This document shows positions 57,527-64,000 of a stretch of DNA of 64,000 bases, in pieces (positions within the stretch are counted from its first letter, which is position 1; each line of letters begins with the position of its first letter). Source of the stretch: Lachnospiraceae bacterium (lineage in GTDB: Bacteria; Bacillota; Clostridia; Lachnospirales; Lachnospiraceae); contig JAFUGL010000023.1 of the NCBI GenBank assembly GCA_017469405.1, forward strand, positions 1,111-65,110, in the 5' to 3' direction. Below the pieces are notes generated by a model. The model saw nothing but the letters and a program-made list of their open reading frames with translations, was not told the origin of the DNA and did no database searches. The position numbers and the translations under genes were made by a program.

Positions 57527-57606
57527 GGACTGTGTGATAGGACAGGTGCTAAGCATAGCGTTAAGTGCCAACGTGCTATGCGTGCACCTGTCCTATCATA
57601 CAGTCC
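57527..57606. repeat. REPIN-like palindrome, copy 4
   Basis: 23-bp arms with one G-T pair; core GTGCTAAGCATAGCGTTAAGTGCCAACGTGCTATGCGTGCAC. Confidence 0.85.
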
Positions 57607-57615
57607 TTTTTATTT

Positions 57616-59844
57616 TTATTTTTTGTCTGTATAATCGTATCTGAATACCATCACTGAAAGTGGCGGTACATTTACACAGATTGAATTTTTCATTCTGTCA
57701 CAAGGCTGAGGAAGCGCGGTTACTGTTCCGTTTACATTGCCATGTCCGCCAAACTTCTCGTCGTCTGAGTTAAGGATCTCCTCATACTTAGTAAGACAAG
57801 GCGCACCTATCATATAATTATTTCTTTCAACCGGTACAAAATTGCAGATGAACAAGAGCTGATCCTTGGCTGTCTTACCTCTTCTCATAAATGCAACTAT
57901 GCCTTCCTTTGCATCATCAACCTTAATCCACTCAAATCCCATAACTTCATTATCATTATAATAAAGTGCATCGTACTTTGTGTACATATGGTTGAGTGCT
58001 GCCACAAAGTCCTTCATCTTACTATGAAGCGGCTGGTCAAGAAGATACCAGTCAAGACTTCTTGCCTCGCTCCACTCACGAAGCTGTGCGAACTCCTGTC
58101 CCATAAATAAAAGCTTCTTACCCGGATGACCGAGCATAAATCCATAAGCAGCACGGAGATTTGCAAATTTATCAAACTCGAATCCCGGCATCTTATTGAT
58201 CATCGAACACTTAAGATGTACAACCTCATCATGTGAAATTACAAGCACATAATTTTCTGCGTAAGTATATGACAAACTGAAAGTAAGCTTGTTGTGGTTA
58301 AATGATCTGAAATAAGGATCAAGCTTCATATACTCAAGGAAGTCATTCATCCATCCCATATTCCACTTAAATAAGAATCCAAGTCCCTTAAGTGAAGCCG
58401 GTGCAGTAACACCTGCCCAGGCAGTTGACTCTTCAGCTATAAGATACGCTCCCGGATTTTTCTCCTCCATGACGGTATTAATCTTCTGTAAAAGCTCAAT
58501 TGCATCGTAGTTTTCATTTCCACCATCTTTATTTGGAAGCCACTGTCCACTCTGCTTACCATAGTCAAGGTAAAGCATGGACGCAACAGCATCTACGCGA
58601 AGACCGTCGATATGAAATTTCTCAACCCAGAAAAGCGCATTGGCAGTAAGGAAATTACTAACCTCTTTTCTACCATAATCAAATATATATGTGCCCCAGT
58701 CAGGGTGCTCGCCTCTTCTTGAATCCGGATGCTCATATAAAGGCATACCATCAAATCTTCCAAGGCCATGTGCATCTCTAGGGAAATGTGCAGGTACCCA
58801 ATCAAGGATAACGCCTATTCCCTTGCTATGCATATAATCTACAAAATACATAAAGTCATCCGGTGCTCCGTATCTGGAAGTAGGTGCATAGTAATTGGTT
58901 ACCTGATAACCCCATGAACCATCAAACGGATACTCAGCTATACCCATAAGCTCGACATGTGTATAGCCCATTTCCTCAAGATAATCACCAAGCATCTTAG
59001 CAAGCTCACGATAATTATAAAATCCAAAATCCGAATCCTCAATTTTCTTCTTCCAGGATCCAAGATGAACCTCATAAATAGACATAGGACTCTTCATCCT
59101 GTCAACTCTTGAAATCTTATTTCTGTCATCCATCCATTTTGTATCTGTCCATTTATACTTGTTAAGATTTGCCACGATATTTGCATTGTCCGGTCTTACC
59201 TGATTGTAATTACCATACGGATCTGCCTTGTATAATATCTCTCCATCTCTTGTAAGAATCTGGAACTTATATACTGAACCTTCATTTACATTTGGTATGA
59301 AAAGCTCATGTATACCGGAAGCAGAATGAAGCTGCATAGGATTTAAATTTCCATCCCACATATTGAAGTCACCGACAACACTTACACGTCTCGCATTTGG
59401 AGCCCATACCGCAAAATATGTTCCATCCACACCATCAATCTTCATAGGGTGCGCGCCAAGTTTTTCATAAATATCATAATTCTTACCTTCATTGAAAAGA
59501 TAAGTATCGTAATCCGTTATTAGTCCCTCAAAAGCATAAGCATCTGCTGTAGTTACTGTTGTGCCATCCTGATAATTAGTCATGATGCGATACTTATTAC
59601 CCTTATATTTCTTCTTCGGAAAATATGCTCCATAAAGTCCCTCTGCAAGCTTAATCATTTCCACCGGACTCTTGCCTGTAACCGATGTCACAAACACAGA
59701 AGCTGCATGAGGTCTGTAGACAGTTATAACCTGTCCCTCTCCATAATCATGTATTCCGAGAATATGCTTTGGTGCATTTATCTCTCCTTTTGAAAGCTCA
59801 TCATAAAGCACCCAGTTTACCCAGTTTTCAAGTCTCTCGTTCAT
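57616..59844 (-). CDS. glgB: 1,4-alpha-glucan branching enzyme
   Basis: FAVWAPNA, IYEVHLGSW, SWGYQ, DGLRVDAV, SHDEVVH. Confidence 0.97.
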   Translation of the reverse strand: MNERLENWVNWVLYDELSKGEINAPKHILGIHDYGEGQVITVYRPHAASVFVTSVTGKSPVEMIKLAEGLYGAYFPKKKYKGNKYRIMTNYQDGTTVTTADAYAFEGLITDYDTYLFNEGKNYDIYEKLGAHPMKIDGVDGTYFAVWAPNARRVSVVGDFNMWDGNLNPMQLHSASGIHELFIPNVNEGSVYKFQILTRDGEILYKADPYGNYNQVRPDNANIVANLNKYKWTDTKWMDDRNKISRVDRMKSPMSIYEVHLGSWKKKIEDSDFGFYNYRELAKMLGDYLEEMGYTHVELMGIAEYPFDGSWGYQVTNYYAPTSRYGAPDDFMYFVDYMHSKGIGVILDWVPAHFPRDAHGLGRFDGMPLYEHPDSRRGEHPDWGTYIFDYGRKEVSNFLTANALFWVEKFHIDGLRVDAVASMLYLDYGKQSGQWLPNKDGGNENYDAIELLQKINTVMEEKNPGAYLIAEESTAWAGVTAPASLKGLGFLFKWNMGWMNDFLEYMKLDPYFRSFNHNKLTFSLSYTYAENYVLVISHDEVVHLKCSMINKMPGFEFDKFANLRAAYGFMLGHPGKKLLFMGQEFAQLREWSEARSLDWYLLDQPLHSKMKDFVAALNHMYTKYDALYYNDNEVMGFEWIKVDDAKEGIVAFMRRGKTAKDQLLFICNFVPVERNNYMIGAPCLTKYEEILNSDDEKFGGHGNVNGTVTALPQPCDRMKNSICVNVPPLSVMVFRYDYTDKK

Positions 59845-59861
59845 CCAAATAACCTCCGTAA

Positions 59862-60587
59862 TTAAAATTTATGCGGTCTTCCGCAGAATAATATAAACCA
59901 TCTTAAAAAAATCATTAATATTATAAGTACTGCCACAAATATCAAATATGCAACCGCCATCCACCTTGCATAAGAAGGAGGCAAAATCTGAAGCAGTATA
60001 TCCTTATCACTGAAATATCTATAGTTTTGTCTTAAAACCATATCCCTTGCTGCTACGTAAAATTCCTTATCCGATTTCATGAATATAAATGCATTGACAG
60101 ATGTGAAAAAAGCGGCCAAAACTCCACCGTATATAAACGGCATAAACATTCTTCTCTTTGATAAAATAATAAAAGAATTAACCATGCCTGCAAGCGTTAC
60201 AACCGACAAAAGCCAGGCAAGTCTGTAGAACCACTTTATATGATTTAATCTATCCACATTATGCTCATCCAATTCATATCCGACAAGCTCATATTTACCT
60301 TTAAAAAACGCTTTGAAGTCATCCGAAAGCTTTTCAAAATTAGCTTTCATCTCAAAATCCTCAAGCCTTATCTGATATTTTGCATCAGTTCCTGTAGCAG
60401 TATCTGCATTTGGTAAAATATCATTATCTCCGGCGCTTAAAGTTTTATCCGCAACGTAATTGTCAAAGCATTTTTCATAAACAGTCTTATTCATGCAAAG
60501 GATACAGAACGCAAAATTAATGATAAAAAGTGCAACGCAAAAGCTTGCAAAAATCGAAATCTTTCTGTATCTTTCCATAATCATCAT
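59862..60587 (-). CDS. Hypothetical membrane protein (about 4 TM); start uncertain
   Basis: Open frame with hydrophobic segments and an extracellular loop. Confidence 0.7.
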   Translation of the reverse strand: MMIMERYRKISIFASFCVALFIINFAFCILCMNKTVYEKCFDNYVADKTLSAGDNDILPNADTATGTDAKYQIRLEDFEMKANFEKLSDDFKAFFKGKYELVGYELDEHNVDRLNHIKWFYRLAWLLSVVTLAGMVNSFIILSKRRMFMPFIYGGVLAAFFTSVNAFIFMKSDKEFYVAARDMVLRQNYRYFSDKDILLQILPPSYARWMAVAYLIFVAVLIILMIFLRWFILFCGRPHKF

Positions 60588-60822
60588 CTTCTTGTAAATA
60601 TTATAAATAATATGTTTAATCCCAACCAAAAGTCCTTTTAACCGGTCAGGACAACTGCTTTTTCCATTGTATCATTTTTGAGCTTATCTGTAAAGAAATC
60701 TTTGGTTTTTAAAGCACTATTTTAAAGCATTTTTTCGATTATTTATATGAATGTAATTTTCTTGCCATAACACCTTTGGACATGTTATAATTTTAACATA
60801 TTTTGTTATGGGTGGTGAAATT

Positions 60823-63800
60823 ATGGCATTGAATTCAAAGCCAACTGAAAATGTAGTGGCAACCTTCGTCCTTGATACGGCTGCACCATATAATATACTT
60901 GATTTTGATCAGGGCTTATGCGTTATGACTGGCTATTCTCCAAGAGAATTGGCCGGTAAGATTAATACTCTTGATAAACTTCTTTTTGTTGATGATTTTA
61001 CTGAAACAATAACTTCTATTAATTACCAGCTTAGTATATCCAATCTTATTTCATTTCAAAAGAGAATAGTTACCAAAACCGGCGATATACTTACTGTTTT
61101 ATGTAACGGGCAGGCGTATTCCTTAAATGACGGAAGAGATGTACTCCAATGCGTTTTTACTGACATCACCCACCTTGAAACTGCTGCCAGTGAAACAGCA
61201 AAAGCAAAAACCGATCTTGAAATCTTTGCCAACACTGTTCCAAGCGGATTAAGTAAGCACCTTCTTGACAACAACTTAAGTTTGATTTGGGCAAATGATT
61301 TTTTCTACAGCATGTGTGGTTATTCCAAATCATCTTATGAAGATAAATTTGGAAGAAGCACTCTTTCTCTTATTTTAAGCGAAGACCTTTCCACGGTTAT
61401 TGATGCGCTGGCAGACCTTAAGGAAGAAGGAAAATCTCAGATCGTTAATTTTAGAATCAAATGTGAGAAAGGGGATATAAAATGGGTCAATGCTGTATTT
61501 GCAAATGCCGGTGAAACTGCAGAAAATTTTCCGGTTGTAAATATAGTTATGTCAGATATCTCCAACCTTAAAGAGGCTGAAATGAAAGCTGCTCTGGAAG
61601 AACAAAAGTACCTGATTATCTCTGACATTTCCGAAGAGCTTCCATATGAATATGACATAGCCACAGATACAATTAAATTTGCAGACAAATTTGAAAATAT
61701 CTTTGAAGGACATTCCGTTATAGAAAATCCTTCCGTCAATATGCTTAAGACAGGTCTTGTTTCCGCAGACAGTAAAGAAGCAATTGAGGAGCTTTTTTAC
61801 CTTGCCAAAACAGGAACCGAATATCATGCTTCAGAGTTTAAATTAAATACTAAAAACGGTGGTTATCAGTGGTATTTTTCATCATTTTCCAGTATCTATA
61901 ACGAAAAAGAAGAACCGGTAAGAGCTATTGGTCTTTTGCGTAATATCCATGCCCAAAAGGTTGAGCAGCAAAAGCTTATTGAAAAATCCGAAACAGATCA
62001 GATGACCGGACTCCTTAACAAAGTAACGACCGAAAATAAAATCAAATCAAGTCTTAGAGAATTGGACGGTAATGCATTTGATGTATTTATGTTAATTGAT
62101 ATCGATGATTTCAAAATTATCAATGATTCATATGGGCATCTTATGGGCGACGAAGTTATCATTTCAATAGCCGAATCAATAAAAAAATATTCTGGTGAAT
62201 ATGGTTTTGGAGGACGCCTTGGCGGAGATGAATTTTGTCTGTTTCTTACCAATGTCCTTGATATAACTCTTGCATTGGAAAAAGCAGCTTATATATGTGA
62301 AAGCATAAGAAAAACATATCCGGGAGGTCCGGATGCTCCAAAGGTTACCCTGAGTATCGGTATAGCTGCAACCAATGAACAACTTCCTATGAATGTTCTC
62401 ATGGAAAATGCCGACACAGCGCTTTATCAGGTCAAGCAGCGCGGAAAAAATGGATTCTCTCTATACGAAGACAATATGGAGCGTGTTCAGTACAGAAACA
62501 ACCGTGAATCTTCAACCGATAACAGCACCATAAATGAAATAATGTCCACACTTTTTACAGGCACAAATACCTATACATGTATTGAGCGTGCGCTAAAACT
62601 TGTAGGAGCATCTTATCCAATTGATAAAATCTGTATCTTTGAATATGGTTTTAATAAAAATTTTGTCAACTGTACTCATCAGTGGTGTGCTGAGGGAGTC
62701 AAAAATGATATAACCAAAAAGCAGCATACTCCTTCAACAGTATTTGAAGAAATAAATTCCATGAGCAATGATGGCATAGCATATTCATCAGACACCTCAT
62801 TGCTTAAGCTCAATAATTCGAGCATGAACCCTTCTCTGGAAGGTATAAAAAAGCTGGTTCAGTCAGAGATAATGCTATCCGGAAAAGTTATAGGATATAT
62901 ATGCTTTTACTCCATGGATTTAAATGTAAACTGGACCGCTGAAACTCTTTCATCATTTAAGCTTTTATTTAAACTTTTTGCAGAAGCTATATGTACAAAG
63001 CAAAATCAAAAAGCACTCGACTTTTTACGTGATGATACTGCCCAGGCTTTTGATATTATTCAAAATCCAATGATAATAATTGACAGAGATACATACGAAA
63101 TAGTTTACTTCAATGACATAAGCAAGGACTACTATCCGGAAGTTTCTGTCGGTTCAAAATGCTATATGTGCATATCCCAGAAAAATTCTCCTTGTGATGA
63201 TTGCCCTATGCACAAATCAAGCGACCACACCATAACTATTTCCAGATACAATAAAAATTTTGACGAACATCTTGATGCCAGCTTTATCCCTATTACCTGG
63301 AGCATCGGTAAAAATACTTATCTTATGTCTATGGCATCACATAAGCAGACCAAAGCAGAAAAGCTCAAGCTTGAGCTTGAACAAAATATAAATATTGAAA
63401 AGAAAATTGCAGAAGCATCATTTAAAGATATGGTCACAGGCTATGGCAATTTTGAAAAGTTCAAACTGGATGCGCAAAAGATTCTTGATGAAAATAAAGA
63501 TGAGAATTTTGTTCTTTTATATTTAAACATAAAAAGTTTCAAGTATATAAATGAAGCATACGGTTATTCGGTAGGAGATACAACTCTTAAAACTGTTGCA
63601 GATATATTTAATAAATATATAGGAACCAATGAAGCATGTGCCAGAGTTATAAACGATACATTTATCCTGCTGATGCACTATCCTGACAATGCAAGTTTTA
63701 TGCGTTCATTTGAAAACATAAAAAATGAAGTTCATGATGCGTGCAAACTTATTCAGGATAAATTTTCAATTGACTTTATAACAGGTATACTTATAATCGA

Positions 63801-64000
63801 TGATAATGTACGTTCATATGATATAATGCACCTGGTTGACAGAGCAATCATGACCGAAAAATCCATAGATGAAAAATCAGGCATAAGCTATGCCTACTAT
63901 GATGATGAATACCATAAACGGATTTTAAATGCTGCTCAGATTGAAAACAGCATGTATGATGCTTTGGAAAACGGAGAATTCTGTGCCTATGCACAACCAA
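60823..64000 (+). CDS. Multi-PAS, GGDEF, GAF-like, degenerate GGDEF, EAL protein (partial; absent from the ORF track)
   Basis: ATG at 60823 after GGTGGTGA. In-frame DQMTGLLNK, GRLGGDEF (62221), second degenerate site RVINDTF, and EAL start GEFCAYAQP at the window end. Confidence 0.88.
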   Translation, partial: MALNSKPTENVVATFVLDTAAPYNILDFDQGLCVMTGYSPRELAGKINTLDKLLFVDDFTETITSINYQLSISNLISFQKRIVTKTGDILTVLCNGQAYSLNDGRDVLQCVFTDITHLETAASETAKAKTDLEIFANTVPSGLSKHLLDNNLSLIWANDFFYSMCGYSKSSYEDKFGRSTLSLILSEDLSTVIDALADLKEEGKSQIVNFRIKCEKGDIKWVNAVFANAGETAENFPVVNIVMSDISNLKEAEMKAALEEQKYLIISDISEELPYEYDIATDTIKFADKFENIFEGHSVIENPSVNMLKTGLVSADSKEAIEELFYLAKTGTEYHASEFKLNTKNGGYQWYFSSFSSIYNEKEEPVRAIGLLRNIHAQKVEQQKLIEKSETDQMTGLLNKVTTENKIKSSLRELDGNAFDVFMLIDIDDFKIINDSYGHLMGDEVIISIAESIKKYSGEYGFGGRLGGDEFCLFLTNVLDITLALEKAAYICESIRKTYPGGPDAPKVTLSIGIAATNEQLPMNVLMENADTALYQVKQRGKNGFSLYEDNMERVQYRNNRESSTDNSTINEIMSTLFTGTNTYTCIERALKLVGASYPIDKICIFEYGFNKNFVNCTHQWCAEGVKNDITKKQHTPSTVFEEINSMSNDGIAYSSDTSLLKLNNSSMNPSLEGIKKLVQSEIMLSGKVIGYICFYSMDLNVNWTAETLSSFKLLFKLFAEAICTKQNQKALDFLRDDTAQAFDIIQNPMIIIDRDTYEIVYFNDISKDYYPEVSVGSKCYMCISQKNSPCDDCPMHKSSDHTITISRYNKNFDEHLDASFIPITWSIGKNTYLMSMASHKQTKAEKLKLELEQNINIEKKIAEASFKDMVTGYGNFEKFKLDAQKILDENKDENFVLLYLNIKSFKYINEAYGYSVGDTTLKTVADIFNKYIGTNEACARVINDTFILLMHYPDNASFMRSFENIKNEVHDACKLIQDKFSIDFITGILIIDDNVRSYDIMHLVDRAIMTEKSIDEKSGISYAYYDDEYHKRILNAAQIENSMYDALENGEFCAYAQP

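Noticed and set aside
61056-62382. Several short minus-strand ORFs
   Set aside because: Antisense shadows of the long plus-strand PAS-GGDEF-EAL gene.

Overview
AT-rich Firmicute chromosomal segment. Gene content and style suggest a Lachnospiraceae-like gut/rumen anaerobe (inference). Nearly all genes are on the minus strand. 1-13 kb: ABC exporter, 2-hydroxyacid dehydrogenase, LtrA, an XRE + MuF-C-like pair, larE-larC-larB with no larA, two small membrane proteins, DUF3842, and mntP under a yybP-ykoY riboswitch. 13-31 kb: c-di-GMP and chemotaxis signalling, upp, LCP, CvpA, and two sortase-anchored adhesins with thioester-domain motifs. 31-47 kb: a defence hotspot downstream of lysS containing an MTase-TRD-nuclease-HEPN fusion, Phd-RelE, an orphan tandem-repeat sRNA candidate, a SauUSI-like helicase-nuclease with NUDIX, an ATPase-HEPN protein, a PD-(D/E)xK protein and AbiE. 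Its modules are bounded by duplicated gene fragments (lysS 3' end, a tRNA 3' end, TA and MBL fragments). 47-64 kb: lysS, greA, a radical SAM/SPASM enzyme with a YGPP-repeat lipoprotein, an archaeal-type ATPase, a frameshifted acyltransferase, split purH/purO, SanA, glgB and a partial PAS-GGDEF-EAL gene that is missing from the ORF track. A family of long REPIN-like palindromes with a conserved, covarying core is scattered through the intergenic regions. All calls come from reading motifs by eye; no database search was run.
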